From positions 14,093-78,092 of the forward strand of contig JAJPIU010000026.1 in the NCBI GenBank assembly GCA_021324535.1: a stretch of DNA of 64,000 bases, in the 5' to 3' direction. Shown in pieces: positions 8,160 to 17,862 of the stretch; the first letter of the stretch is position 1, and every line of letters starts with the position of its first letter. Made by a program: the position numbers and the translations under genes. The stretch is from Pseudomonadota bacterium (GTDB lineage: Bacteria > Chloroflexota > Ktedonobacteria > Ktedonobacterales > JADMIN01). Under the pieces are notes generated by a model. It ran no database searches. It saw only the letters and a program-made list of their open reading frames with translations, and was not told where the DNA came from.

Positions 8160-9047
8160 ATGACCACCGATTTTTCCGGCGACGCAACACCCTCACACGC
8201 CGTAGCGGTAGCGACGCTACCCGCCGTGTCCGCTCCCGCCATTCCTACTCCTTCTTCCCTGCCGCAATCTCCAAGCGCGGCGCGTGGCGTTCCAACAGCA
8301 TTGCCCACTGCGCTGCTGATCGATATGGATGACACGATCCTGGCCGACTCCGAGGGGCGCGCCGAGGCGTGGCGTATGACCTGCGAGCGGTACATCGCAC
8401 GCATCGCGCCTGTGAGCGTCGAGCGTTTGCTGCTGGCGTTCCATACGTATAGCGACTGGTATTGGAGCGACCCGGAGCGCCACCGTGAGGGCCGCCTTGA
8501 TATGACCGCTGCGCGCACGATCATTCTGATGGAGGCGCTGCGCCGGGTGGGCGCCTACGCCCGCACGCGGAACACGAAAAAGGCGGAGGCGAAGCGAGAG
8601 GCTTTGGCGCGTGAGATGGCGCTGACCTATCAACACATGCGCGACGAGAGATCGCGGCCTTTGCCGGGGGCAATCGAGGCGCTGCAAAAACTCCATGCGC
8701 ACGGCGTGCGGCTGGCGCTGATCACAAACGGCGGCGCGGCGATGCAGCGTCGCAAGATCGAGTATCACAAGCTGGCGCAATTCTTCGAGACGATCATCAT
8801 CGAGGGCGAGTTTGGCGTCGGCAAGCCCGATCCGGCAGTCTACCTGCATGCGCTGAAAACGCTTGACCTTGCGCCTGCGGATGTGTGGATGGTGGGCGAC
8901 AACCTGAAGTGGGAGGTCGCTGCGCCGCAGCAGTTGGGCATCACAGGAGTCTGGCTGGATGTACGTGGAACGGGCCTGCCCGCCGACGCGCCTGCCCAGC
9001 CCGACTACATCATTCGCTCGCTGGCGGAGCTTGCCGCGCTGACCTAA
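8160..9047 (+). CDS. HAD-superfamily hydrolase (subfamily IA-like)
   Basis: SD GGAGA lies 5 nt before ATG 8160. HAD motif I is DMDDT (LLIDMDDTIL), motif II is ITNG, and motif III/IV is GKPDP...WMVGDN. Confidence 0.8.
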   Translation: MTTDFSGDATPSHAVAVATLPAVSAPAIPTPSSLPQSPSAARGVPTALPTALLIDMDDTILADSEGRAEAWRMTCERYIARIAPVSVERLLLAFHTYSDWYWSDPERHREGRLDMTAARTIILMEALRRVGAYARTRNTKKAEAKREALAREMALTYQHMRDERSRPLPGAIEALQKLHAHGVRLALITNGGAAMQRRKIEYHKLAQFFETIIIEGEFGVGKPDPAVYLHALKTLDLAPADVWMVGDNLKWEVAAPQQLGITGVWLDVRGTGLPADAPAQPDYIIRSLAELAALT

Positions 9048-9055
9048 CCCCCTGG

Positions 9056-9090
9056 CCCCCTTCCCATTGATGGGAAGGGGGTAATTTTTA
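9056..9090 (+). terminator. Rho-independent terminator (perfect 11-bp stem, 4-nt loop, T-tract)
   Basis: CCCCCTTCCCA TTGA TGGGAAGGGGG (9056-9081) followed by TAATTTTTA. It lies 9 nt after the HAD stop, between convergent genes. Confidence 0.7.
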
Positions 9091-10554
9091 TCATTTGCCG
9101 TAGGGATACCACCAGGGCTTGGCGCCGCCTTCGAAGTCCCAGTGGAGGTGCTTCGTCTCGCGGAACTCGTCGAGGCCCTCCTCGCCAAGCTCGCGGCCCA
9201 TCCCGCTCATCTTCATCCCACCGAAGGGGCCTGCGTCGTTATCGGTCAGCGGATCGTTGACCCAAAGCGTACCCGCCTGCGCCTCTTCATAGAACTGCTT
9301 GACCTTGCGCGCGTCGCTGGTGTAGAGGTTCGCGCCCAGGCCAAAGGGGCTATCGTTCGCCAGATTGATCGCCTCGTCGAAGCTGCGATACGTCATGATG
9401 GGGATTGTCGGGCCAAACGTCTCTTCACGCATGATGCGCATCGCATGGTTGACATCCACCAGCACGGTTGGCTCGTAGAAGTAGCCGCGCGGGCGATCAG
9501 GCGGACGCCGGCCGCCCGCCAGAATGCGCGCCCCCTGCGCACGGGCCTCGTCCACATGCGCCTCCACCTTCGCGCGATAGCTTGCGCCTACCATCGGGCC
9601 AATATCGGTGGTTGGCTCAATGCCTGGGCCAAGGCGCAGGCTGCGTGTATAGTCAACGATGCGCTCGATGAAGGCCGGGGCGATGCTCTCATGCACGTAG
9701 ACCCGCTCAGTGGAGGTGCAGACCTGCCCAGTGTTGAGCAACGCTGCCCAGGCCACGCCAGGCACGGCCACATTCAGGTCGGCGTCTTCAGCCACAATGA
9801 AGGCATCTTTGCCGCCAAGCTCCAGATGCAGCTTCTTGATCTGCTCGGCGGCGGTGCGCGCGATGGCGCGACCGGTCTCCAGGCTGCCGGTGAAGGCGAT
9901 CACGCGCACACGCGGATCGCGCACGAGTGGCTCACCGGCCTCGCGTCCGTAGCCCGTCAGGATGTTGACCACACCGTTTGGCAGCCCGGCGAAGATGTCG
10001 GCAAGGGCAAGTGTGGAAAGCGGCGTCATCTCGGATGGCTTGATCACGACGGTATTGCCTGCCGCCAGCGCGGGCGCGACCTTCCACGCCATCAGCAGGA
10101 TGGGATAGTTCCAGGGGACAATCGCGCCGATCACGCCATACGGCTCCTTCAACACCAGATTAAGCTGCGACGACTCAACAGAGGGGATCACGCGCCCCCG
10201 GCTGTTGCGCCCCATCTCGGCGTAGTAGTGGAAGCACGCAGCAGACCACCCCATCTCGTCGCGATTCTCGACAAGCGGTTTGCCGCCTTCGCGGGTGAGC
10301 AACAACGCAAGCTCCTCGGCGGTGGCGGTGAGCTTGTTCGCTACCTCGTGCAGCAGTTCGGCGCGCTGCCCGGCGGGCGTACGTCGCCACTCTGCGAAGG
10401 CGGCCTGGGCGGCGTCAACTGCTGCGGTGGCGTCCTCGGCATTCCCGGCGGGAACCGTCTCGATCAGCTCTTCGGTCGCCGGATCATGTACCTCGATCAC
10501 CCGGCCTGATGCGCCGGTGGTGTATGCGCCATTGATCCACATCGGTCGGGTCAT
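9091..10554 (-). CDS. NAD(P)-dependent aldehyde dehydrogenase
   Basis: ORF 9091-10641; the likely start is ATG 10554 ([12 protein letters not shown]). ALDH hallmarks are present: [32 protein letters not shown] (catalytic Cys), EETFGP. Confidence 0.9.
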   Translation of the reverse strand: MTRPMWINGAYTTGASGRVIEVHDPATEELIETVPAGNAEDATAAVDAAQAAFAEWRRTPAGQRAELLHEVANKLTATAEELALLLTREGGKPLVENRDEMGWSAACFHYYAEMGRNSRGRVIPSVESSQLNLVLKEPYGVIGAIVPWNYPILLMAWKVAPALAAGNTVVIKPSEMTPLSTLALADIFAGLPNGVVNILTGYGREAGEPLVRDPRVRVIAFTGSLETGRAIARTAAEQIKKLHLELGGKDAFIVAEDADLNVAVPGVAWAALLNTGQVCTSTERVYVHESIAPAFIERIVDYTRSLRLGPGIEPTTDIGPMVGASYRAKVEAHVDEARAQGARILAGGRRPPDRPRGYFYEPTVLVDVNHAMRIMREETFGPTIPIMTYRSFDEAINLANDSPFGLGANLYTSDARKVKQFYEEAQAGTLWVNDPLTDNDAGPFGGMKMSGMGRELGEEGLDEFRETKHLHWDFEGGAKPWWYPYGK

Positions 10555-10805
10555 AACAAAAGCCAGCCTTTCTGCACGCTGATCTGTTTCGGACTGCATC
10601 CATGCTATGACGAAGCGGCGCATGCTGTCAAACGGCGCCAAATTGGCGAGACGCCAAATGTTCGATGTCTCTCTTAAAAATTGTGATGAATACGATAGGT
10701 TGATACCTATTTATACGCTATACTAGCTACCGCACGACTCAGATGGCGTGATTGCGCGCCAGCGATGTAGATGTGTAAGCGGCGTCCGCTCAACGGGGCG
10801 GATGA

Positions 10806-10832
10806 GGGAGAATAGGGAGAATAGGGAGAATA
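10806..10832 (+). repeat. 9-bp tandem repeat x3 (GGGAGAATA) in the 5' leader of the lipoprotein gene
   Basis: gggagaata gggagaata gggagaata, ending 8 nt before ATG 10840. Each unit carries an SD-like GGGAGA. Confidence 0.9.
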
Positions 10833-10839
10833 GAGCATA

Positions 10840-11790
10840 ATGGGGATTATCAATCCATTCAGAACAACCAGAAAATCAGCAATCTCTGTCGCGTTATGTG
10901 TGGGCGTGGCGCTGGCGCTGGCGCTGGCCGGTTGCAGCAGCACATCTGGCTCGAACACCACAGGGGGCACGAGCAGCGGCGCCAACGCCACGGCGACCGC
11001 CACCAGCGGCTCGGCCAATAGCGCGACCAGCACTCCTGGCAATTCCAATCCACAGAACTGCCAGCAGATTCAGGGATTCAGCGGCTCGACGCCGGTCTCG
11101 AACGATGGGCGGCTGGCAGCTGTGCCCTTCCCCTCGACGGCGGGATACATGACTCAGGCGGTGGATAACGCCCAGACAGGCTTGTACGAAATTCTGAAGT
11201 TCAATGTGTGTATGCCCAGCACGACGACCAGTGCTGTGTACAGCTACTATGCGAACAACTCGTCAAGCCAGGGGTGGACACAAAGTTCAACCTATCCCTA
11301 TGATGGCGGCTATCAGGCGGCGTGTGGCGATCCCTATTGCTGGAGCCATGCCGACGGCCCCGTCTGGGATTATCTCTCGCTCGAAAACGTGCAGGCGGCG
11401 GGCGGCGGCTTCGTGACGTATCGCCTCCGCCTGGCGTTCCCACCAACGCTGCCCAATTGCAGTAACATCCTGCCGCCAGGCAACTCGATTGCCTATAATT
11501 TCTTCTGGACAGATGCAAGTCCAAACGTCCCCGTGCCGCCGCTGACGGTCTTTGGGCTGGGCGATGGGCATGGTGTTGGGAACAAAACGGTCTATACACA
11601 GTTTATGTGCAGCCCCGGCACAGCGTCATCCATCAGCTCCTATATGAGCAAAGAGTTGGGCCAGCATGGGTGGTCGGCCACGTCGCAAAGCGAGTGTGGG
11701 ACGACGGGATGGATGATCAACAGCGCCGGACTGGCAATAAGCTGGCAGGTGAGCAATCCTACCCAATGGCAACTGAACTCCTGCCAGTGA
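10840..11790 (+). CDS. secreted lipoprotein, function unknown
   Basis: Signal peptide with lipobox (SVALCVGVALALALAGCSS) followed by a Ser/Thr/Gly-rich linker. The mature domain is Cys/Trp-rich. No family was recognised. Confidence 0.7.
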   Translation: MGIINPFRTTRKSAISVALCVGVALALALAGCSSTSGSNTTGGTSSGANATATATSGSANSATSTPGNSNPQNCQQIQGFSGSTPVSNDGRLAAVPFPSTAGYMTQAVDNAQTGLYEILKFNVCMPSTTTSAVYSYYANNSSSQGWTQSSTYPYDGGYQAACGDPYCWSHADGPVWDYLSLENVQAAGGGFVTYRLRLAFPPTLPNCSNILPPGNSIAYNFFWTDASPNVPVPPLTVFGLGDGHGVGNKTVYTQFMCSPGTASSISSYMSKELGQHGWSATSQSECGTTGWMINSAGLAISWQVSNPTQWQLNSCQ

Positions 11791-11817
11791 GGCGCAAGCG
11801 TTTACCAGCGTAGGTGT

Positions 11818-13158
11818 TTAGGGCAGGGCGACACGCGCCTCTTCAGCGGCGTCGTCCTGCTTGCCAGTGAGCCAGCGAACCAGCCCATCGCGGGCCAAGC
11901 CATCAACCAGTCCGCGCAACCAGGGCAGATCGTCGGGCGAGAAGTTGGGCTTGACCAGTAACCCCAACTCGGCCAGCGCGAGCGACTCGCCAGCGGCCAG
12001 TTCGCTCAGCGTGGCGATGATGCGTCCACGAAAGTAGCGCGTGGTGCTGGTGAAGGGCTGAGTCGCCTTCCTGGGCTTCGCGACAGTGGCAGTCGGCCTG
12101 CTGTTTCCATCTATCTCCGGCGTCTCACGTGTCGTGTTTGCGTCACTCGTAGAGGCTGCGCGTGTCTCAGCCACCTGTCCCATCTGAGGCTGGGGGTGCT
12201 CCGACGCTCCTGTATGTTCGGGGTGTTCAGAGAGCGCGGCGCGTTCGTCACGCAGGCGGGCAAGCGCCTCGCCGGATGGAAACAGCGTCAGCGCGGCCAC
12301 CTCGGCATAGGCGGCGCAAACCTCCGTGAGTGGGCACTGCTCACACGCGGGGCGGCGGCTCTGGCAGACTGTGGCGCCCAGATCCATGAGCGCCTGTTGC
12401 CAGTCATAGGCAGCCTGTGCGGCGTCAGATTGTTCGGATTGCGATGAGGGCTGTGTCGCGACTTCGACACGCGCCTGGTCGGTGTTCCGGCCAGGCAGCG
12501 CCCAGGCGGCCAGCGCCAACGCCTCACGTTCGTCAGACACGCCTGCTGGCCAGACGATTGGTTCGATGCCCCGAAAGACGCGCCAGAGGACACGGCGGAT
12601 GTTCGTGTCTACCGTGGCGACGGGCTGGTCAAAGGCGAAACAGGCGATGGCCCCTGCCGTGTAGCGTCCGACGCCTTTGAGCGAGAGCAATCCGTCGAGC
12701 GTATTGGGGAGCGCGCCAGCGTACCGAGCAATCGCCTCCTGTGCGATCTGTTGCAGGCGCACGGCGCGCATATTATAACCAAGTCCAGCCCAGGCTTTTA
12801 TCACCTCGCTTGTGGGCGCCTCAGCCAGCGCGGCCAGCGTGGGGAAACGTGCGAGAAACGCCTGATATTTCGGCAGCACGCGCTCAACCTGGGTTTGTTG
12901 CAGCATCACCTCTGAGACCAGGATGGCGTAGGGATCGCGCGTATGCCGCCAGGGGAGCGTATGGCGCCCGTATCGGCTATACCACGCCAGCAATAAACCG
13001 TGCGTCTGTGTGCGCCGCTCTTGTTGCGCAGGGGTATTCAACCAGTCGGGCGTCTCATTACGATGCTGCGTTTTCACCGGCGCTCTGCTCTCTGCCACTC
13101 TTTCACACAGGAAAAAGCGTCCTGCCAGCGTGCTCGTTGGCAGGACGCCGATACTCAT
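11818..13158 (-). CDS. mutY: A/G-specific adenine DNA glycosylase (MutY-like, HhH-GPD plus 4Fe-4S), non-canonical C-terminal domain
   Basis: LPWRHTRDPYAILVSEVMLQQTQV, the HhH motif LLSLKGVGRYTAGAIACFAF, DTNIRRVL, and the Fe-S cluster loop CQSRRPACEQCPLTEVC are all present. After the cluster there is a long low-complexity linker and a C-terminal domain (FTSTTRYFRGRIIATL...) that does not look like the usual NUDIX-type MutY C-domain. Confidence 0.75.
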   Translation of the reverse strand: MSIGVLPTSTLAGRFFLCERVAESRAPVKTQHRNETPDWLNTPAQQERRTQTHGLLLAWYSRYGRHTLPWRHTRDPYAILVSEVMLQQTQVERVLPKYQAFLARFPTLAALAEAPTSEVIKAWAGLGYNMRAVRLQQIAQEAIARYAGALPNTLDGLLSLKGVGRYTAGAIACFAFDQPVATVDTNIRRVLWRVFRGIEPIVWPAGVSDEREALALAAWALPGRNTDQARVEVATQPSSQSEQSDAAQAAYDWQQALMDLGATVCQSRRPACEQCPLTEVCAAYAEVAALTLFPSGEALARLRDERAALSEHPEHTGASEHPQPQMGQVAETRAASTSDANTTRETPEIDGNSRPTATVAKPRKATQPFTSTTRYFRGRIIATLSELAAGESLALAELGLLVKPNFSPDDLPWLRGLVDGLARDGLVRWLTGKQDDAAEEARVALP

Positions 13159-13176
13159 GCGCCAGGATACGCGCCA

Positions 13177-13749
13177 CTAATAGTCGCGGCGCTCACGGCG
13201 CTTGGGTTTCGTCTGCTTGGGCTTCCGACGGCTGCCCCAGTCGTCTTCCTCGTCTTCATCCTCATAGCCGAAGGTGTCCGTGTCGTCTGCTTCGGCCTCG
13301 GCCTCGGCTTCAGGGGACTCCTCGTCGGCGGTCTCGAACTGGAAGCTCGGTGTAGTGTCCTCATCAACACCCGGCGTCGCGGCGGCCTCGATGTCGGGTG
13401 TTACATCGTCGCCCAACTCCGCCGAGCTTTTCATCAGCATATCGATGTTGGCGATGTTGGCAAGGTCGGCAAACGAGGTAAGCGTGGAACGGCCAGCCGT
13501 CTCCGGCTTCTTTTCTGTGGGTTTCGCGGCAGGCTTCTTTGGCTCCGTGCGCTCGGTTCGCTCAAGGCGCGGCGTGATCTCATCCATCAGGAGATCGTCG
13601 GCGCCAGCCTCATCCACGTCTGCCTCGGTGGGCGCCGCGATGGCCGAGGCGGGGCGTCCTGACGACTTCTCCTCGCCCCGCGCCACGTCAATCCAAAACT
13701 GCGAATAGTAATGCGGACGATCCGCATCCTGGGTGATGTCTCTTCTCAC
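13177..13749 (-). CDS. highly acidic hypothetical protein with basic C-terminal tail
   Basis: ORF 13177-13839. The best start is GTG 13749 with SD GGGAGAG 5 nt upstream. The sequence is ...YYSQFWIDVARGEEK..., then long D/E-rich stretches, ending in RRKPKQTKPKRRERRDY. It lies 18 nt upstream of the mutY-like start. No family was recognised. Confidence 0.5.
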   Translation of the reverse strand: MRRDITQDADRPHYYSQFWIDVARGEEKSSGRPASAIAAPTEADVDEAGADDLLMDEITPRLERTERTEPKKPAAKPTEKKPETAGRSTLTSFADLANIANIDMLMKSSAELGDDVTPDIEAAATPGVDEDTTPSFQFETADEESPEAEAEAEADDTDTFGYEDEDEEDDWGSRRKPKQTKPKRRERRDY

Positions 13750-13946
13750 TCTGTCTCTCCCACGGGGAACATTGCCAGCGGGTCTGGCGCTCCGCCGGGC
13801 TGCCGCATATGCGACGTATATCTCAACGCCCCCGAACAAGCGGTATTCAAGGGCGTCTTCTCATATTGTCGCTAACCTTTTGATTGTATGTTACCGGCCC
13901 CGAAATGTCAAGCATGAGCAAGCCACCGTCAGCCATACGGCGCCAG

Positions 13947-14786
13947 TCAGACGCTACCAAAGGCTGAGAAGCCACCATCCACAGGAACAACAATGCCAGT
14001 GACGAAGGCCGAGGCTGGGCTGGCAAGCCAGAGCAGCGTGCCGATCAGATCATCCGGCGCGCCAAGCCGGCCCATTGGCGTATGCGCCAGGATGGTTTGC
14101 GCGCGTGGCGTTGGGGCGCCGCTCTCGCGATCCGTCAGCAGGTAGCGGTTTTGCTCGGTGAGAAAGAATCCCGGCGCGATGGCGTTCACGCGAATCTGTG
14201 GGCTATACCCCTGCGCAAGATAGGCAGCCAGCCATTGCGTGAAGTTGATCACGCCTGCCTTGGCCGCGCTATAGGCCGGAACGCGCGTCAGGGGGCGCAG
14301 CCCACTCATGGAGGCGATGTTGATGATCGAGCCGCGTCCAATCCTCGTCATCCCTTCGCCAAATACCTGGCAGCCGATCAGCGACGTCAGCAGATTGCCG
14401 TCCACCACACTCCGTAGCGCGACAGGATCGAGCGCGAAAAACGAACGCTCAGGAGTGGTGGTAGCCTCTGGCGAATTGCCGCCCGCCGCGTTTACAAGAA
14501 TGGTGACAGGGCCAAGCGTCTCGGCGATCTCGCGCGCCGTTGCTTCGAGCAGAGGGCGATCTTGCGCGTCGCAGGCGTAGGATCGGCCTACGCCGCCAGC
14601 CGAGGTGATGCGCGCAGCCACCTGTTGGGCGGCCTCGGCGCTCCGTCCGATCACCGCGACACGCGCGCCCGCCTCGCCCAGCGCATACGCCATCGCTCTG
14701 CCCAGCACGCCGCTTCCCCCGATGACCACCGCCGTCTCATCATGGATGTCGAAACGCCCCATCGCCGTTGTTCTCTCTTCGCCCAT
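13947..14786 (-). CDS. SDR-family oxidoreductase
   Basis: SD AGGAGG lies before ATG 14786. The cofactor motif is VIGGSGVLGRAM and the active site is YSAAK (YxxxK); NAAG and IASMSG are also present. Confidence 0.85.
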   Translation of the reverse strand: MGEERTTAMGRFDIHDETAVVIGGSGVLGRAMAYALGEAGARVAVIGRSAEAAQQVAARITSAGGVGRSYACDAQDRPLLEATAREIAETLGPVTILVNAAGGNSPEATTTPERSFFALDPVALRSVVDGNLLTSLIGCQVFGEGMTRIGRGSIINIASMSGLRPLTRVPAYSAAKAGVINFTQWLAAYLAQGYSPQIRVNAIAPGFFLTEQNRYLLTDRESGAPTPRAQTILAHTPMGRLGAPDDLIGTLLWLASPASAFVTGIVVPVDGGFSAFGSV

Positions 14787-14942
14787 TCCGCCTTGCCTCC
14801 TCTCTTGCTCTGGCTAGTGTGCTCTCATCATGCCATGTTGCCGCCTTGATCCGCCAGCCGCCAGGTGGTATGGTGCGCTGGATAACGAGGTGGCGAAAAG
14901 AGAAGGCGACAACGTGTGGTTGTCAAGAAAAGAAGGGCGATA

Positions 14943-16688
14943 ATGATAGAAACAACCGGCGACGCAAAACCCCCTGATAGTCTGGCAGGGCTGGGAGAGA
15001 GCCTGCGCACGCTGAGGCAGGAGTGGAAAGTACCAGGGATGGCGGTTGTCGTCCTCAAAGATGGCGCAGTGGCGTTCTCGGAGGGCCTGGGCAAACGCGA
15101 TGTGGAGCAGGATTTGGCGGTCACGCCACGGACGCTCTTTCCGATTGGCTCGGCCACCAAGGCGTTTACCACGCTGGCGCTCAGCATGCTGGTGGATGAG
15201 GGAAAGCTGGATTGGGATACGCCGATCAGGAACTACCTGCCGACGTTCAAACTCTATGACACGGTGGCGAGCGAGCGCATGACTCCGCGCGACCTGGTGA
15301 CACACCGCTCCGGTCTGCCACGCCATGACCTGATGTGGTATGGCTCACCGGCCACGCGCAAAGAACTCTTTGATCGGTTGCAATATCTTGAGCCAACAAA
15401 GGATTTGCGTACGGTTTGGCAATACCAAAACCTGATGTACATGACAGCAGGCTATCTGCTCGAAGTGGTTAGCGGACAGACCTGGGAAGACTTTGTACAG
15501 CAGCATATTTTCGACGCGCTGGGTATGAACGATACCTGTTTCTCAACGAGAAAAGCCCAGGAAACCGGCGACTTCGCGCTGCCCTACATGGAGCGCAAGG
15601 AGGTTGTGCGGCGCATTCCCTTCTATGAAGAGCAGTGGGCGGTTGGCCCGGCTGGCTCCATCGTCTCGTCTATCAACGATATGAGCGCATGGGTGGCTCT
15701 TCATCTGAACCACGGCAAGCACGACGGCAAACAGATCGTCTCGGAGGGGCAGATCAAACAACTGCATGCGCCACAGATGGTGATCGGCGGCGCGCAGCAG
15801 TACCCTGAACTACTGGCCGAAAGCTATGGCATGGGCTGGTTTGTGGTTCCCTATCGTGGGCACACCATGCTGCACCACGGCGGCAATATTGACGGCTTTA
15901 CCGCGCTAGTGACGCTGCTGCCAGCCGAGAATATCGGCATCGTCACGCTCTCCAACCTGGATGCTACTCCAGCGCCAACCATCGCGACATATAGTATCTG
16001 CGACTGGCTGCTTGGCTTGCCCGAAGCGCCGTGGCAGACGCGCTACAAATCCGTCTGGGCGACAATGAAGGCGGCGACCGAGAAAGGCGCGGAGCAGGCC
16101 GAACAGGATCGCATCCCCAACACATCGCCCTCCCACGATCTTGACGCCTATACGGGCGAGTATACGCATCCGGGCTATGGCGAACTCGCCATCAAGCGCG
16201 AGGGGGACGAACTGAGGATACACTACAACTCGCTAGTGGCGCCGCTCACACATTATCACTATGACATCTTCGAGCTTGTCGTCGAGCGATTTGACATTCG
16301 CATGAAGGTTTCCTTCACGACGAATGTGCGCGGCGACATCGAGAGCCTCAGCGCGCCCTTTGAGCAATCTGTCAAAGACATTGTGTTCACGCGCAAACCC
16401 AACCGCGAACTCACATCAAAAGACTTCCTCGAACAGTTCGTCGGCGTATATGAGTTGACAGGGATGGATATGCAGGCGCAGGTTGCGCTGAAGGGCGACT
16501 CAGCCCTCTCGGTGTCCGTTCCCGGCCAGCCTGAGTATGAGCTTGAACCCTATCGGGGAACCGAGTTCCGCATGAAGGGACTTTCCGGCTTCCGTGTGGA
16601 GTTTCAATGGAACGACGCTGGCGAGGTGGTGGAGGCGCGATTGATCCAGCCGACCGGTGTGTTCACATTAAAAAAGCGGGGCGCCTGA
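14943..16688 (+). CDS. serine hydrolase, class C beta-lactamase / penicillin-binding protein family
   Basis: ORF from GTG 14916; ATG 14943 has SD GAAGGG. The SxxK nucleophile motif is SATK (FPIGSATKAFTTLAL), and there is a downstream YQN (YxN-type motif). A C-terminal extension of about 150 aa is present. Confidence 0.85.
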   Translation: MIETTGDAKPPDSLAGLGESLRTLRQEWKVPGMAVVVLKDGAVAFSEGLGKRDVEQDLAVTPRTLFPIGSATKAFTTLALSMLVDEGKLDWDTPIRNYLPTFKLYDTVASERMTPRDLVTHRSGLPRHDLMWYGSPATRKELFDRLQYLEPTKDLRTVWQYQNLMYMTAGYLLEVVSGQTWEDFVQQHIFDALGMNDTCFSTRKAQETGDFALPYMERKEVVRRIPFYEEQWAVGPAGSIVSSINDMSAWVALHLNHGKHDGKQIVSEGQIKQLHAPQMVIGGAQQYPELLAESYGMGWFVVPYRGHTMLHHGGNIDGFTALVTLLPAENIGIVTLSNLDATPAPTIATYSICDWLLGLPEAPWQTRYKSVWATMKAATEKGAEQAEQDRIPNTSPSHDLDAYTGEYTHPGYGELAIKREGDELRIHYNSLVAPLTHYHYDIFELVVERFDIRMKVSFTTNVRGDIESLSAPFEQSVKDIVFTRKPNRELTSKDFLEQFVGVYELTGMDMQAQVALKGDSALSVSVPGQPEYELEPYRGTEFRMKGLSGFRVEFQWNDAGEVVEARLIQPTGVFTLKKRGA

Positions 16689-16782
16689 CCCGTTTGCCTG
16701 ACCCTCTGGGCGGAAAAGTGACGCCGTACCTTTCCTTACCGTGAACGTGCTCACACAGCCGATAAAATACGCCCGAAAAGCG

Positions 16783-16811
16783 TTGACAGGGCGAAAAGCG
16801 TAGGGTACGCT
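16783..16811 (+). promoter_or_regulatory. candidate sigma-70 promoter upstream of the WXG100 gene
   Basis: TTGACA (16783-16788), a 17-nt spacer, then TACGCT (16806-16811). It lies about 125 nt upstream of ATG 16935. Confidence 0.35.
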
Positions 16812-16934
16812 CTAGATGCGCCTGTGATCATTCCCTTTGCCTGGCAGTTCAGTTGACGGCCAGTTCTGAACGTTGAGTCAAGTCAGCAGCATTGTACACA
16901 ATGGCCTCTTTTGAAGGGCCAGGAGGAAGATCAC

Positions 16935-17228
16935 ATGGGCAGCATTCGTGTTACACCTGAAGAGATGCAGGCGACAGCCGCGCAGTTTGCCAATCGCGCC
17001 AGCGAGCTTGAGTCGCTGATGAGCCAGATTCAGAGCCAGATCGAGTCGCTAAGTAGCACCTGGCAGGGCGCCGCCGCCTCACAGTTCACCGAGCTGATGG
17101 CCAAATGGGGAACCGATACCCAGGGCATCCGCGAGGTGTTGGGCACGGTCAGCGATCACCTCAATCGTGCAGCGCAAGCCTACGCCGACGCCGAGAACGC
17201 GATTCGCCAGGGCTTCACGGCCCAATAG
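16935..17228 (+). CDS. WXG100-family (EsxA/ESAT-6-like) type VII secretion substrate
   Basis: SD AGGAGGAAGA lies before ATG 16935. The protein is 97 aa and helical. W-Q-G is at 17061-17069 (SSTWQGAAASQF). The C-terminal Y-A-D-A-E (17181-17195) fits the YxxxD/E secretion signal. Confidence 0.85.
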   Translation: MGSIRVTPEEMQATAAQFANRASELESLMSQIQSQIESLSSTWQGAAASQFTELMAKWGTDTQGIREVLGTVSDHLNRAAQAYADAENAIRQGFTAQ

Positions 17229-17547
17229 CCGGTTGCTTTTCACGGTTTCGAGTATCGCTTGTATCGCTTCTCCGGTTCGCCCGAAGAGACGCACATCCAG
17301 GGAGATGAGCGCACGACACGCCAGACGTGATCCCAGGCGCAAACGGGTTGTCATTCCGGTCGTCACAGTCGCACGCCCATTTCCCTGCTTAACCTTCTCA
17401 ATTTCTGTTTTTAACCCTTTTCACTGAACGCTCCTTCTCATGTTCGCAGAGGAAATATCCAGACGCAACCGGTATTTCTTTGACAAAGCCAGTCTCCAGT
17501 CTTTAGTGCGATGAATTCGTAGCAACACAACGAAAGCGAGGCCAGGT

Positions 17548-17844
17548 ATGAGCGGCGAGATGTCTTTTCCTGTTGAGCGGATGCGCGAGATCGCCCAGCG
17601 CATTCTCTCCTCAACCGATGAGCTGCTTGGGCAGACACAAAACCAGATGCAACAGGTGTTCGACACCACCAGTGGCGCGCCCAGCGTGATCCGCGCGATC
17701 CTCGACGAAGTGTTGAGCGATGTCTTTCGAGATGTGACGACCCTGCTTGAACAGCGCAGCCAGCTTGGGCAAAATCTGATGCAGGCGGCTGAGATGGCGG
17801 AGCAGACCGAACAGGACGTGATGCAGTCGTTCGAACAACAATAA
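17548..17844 (+). CDS. 98-aa helical protein, WXG100/PE-like (no WxG)
   Basis: SD GCGAGG lies before ATG 17548. The protein is all-helical and Q/E-rich, in the size class of Esx/PE proteins. It begins MSGEMSFPVERM. It lies 18 nt upstream of the next gene. Confidence 0.55.
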   Translation: MSGEMSFPVERMREIAQRILSSTDELLGQTQNQMQQVFDTTSGAPSVIRAILDEVLSDVFRDVTTLLEQRSQLGQNLMQAAEMAEQTEQDVMQSFEQQ

Positions 17845-17862
17845 CGCGAGGAGGAATATCCA

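Noticed and set aside
8217-10509. Long ORFs antisense to clear genes. Examples are 8217-9188(-), 9142-10509(+), 25692-26666(-), 27081-27812(+), 31261-31968(+), 53620-54456(+), 61727-62395(-) and 20877-21416(-).
   Set aside because: They are typical high-GC antisense open frames. The translations are Arg/Ala/Pro-rich with no motifs, and each fully overlaps a gene with strong family signatures on the other strand.
17480-17508. A possible internal promoter (TTGACA, 17 nt, TTAGTG) in the 320-bp gap between the WXG100 gene and the 98-aa gene.
   Set aside because: The -35 is perfect, but the -10 is poor (TTAGTG/TAGTGC). It is not strong enough to list as a feature.
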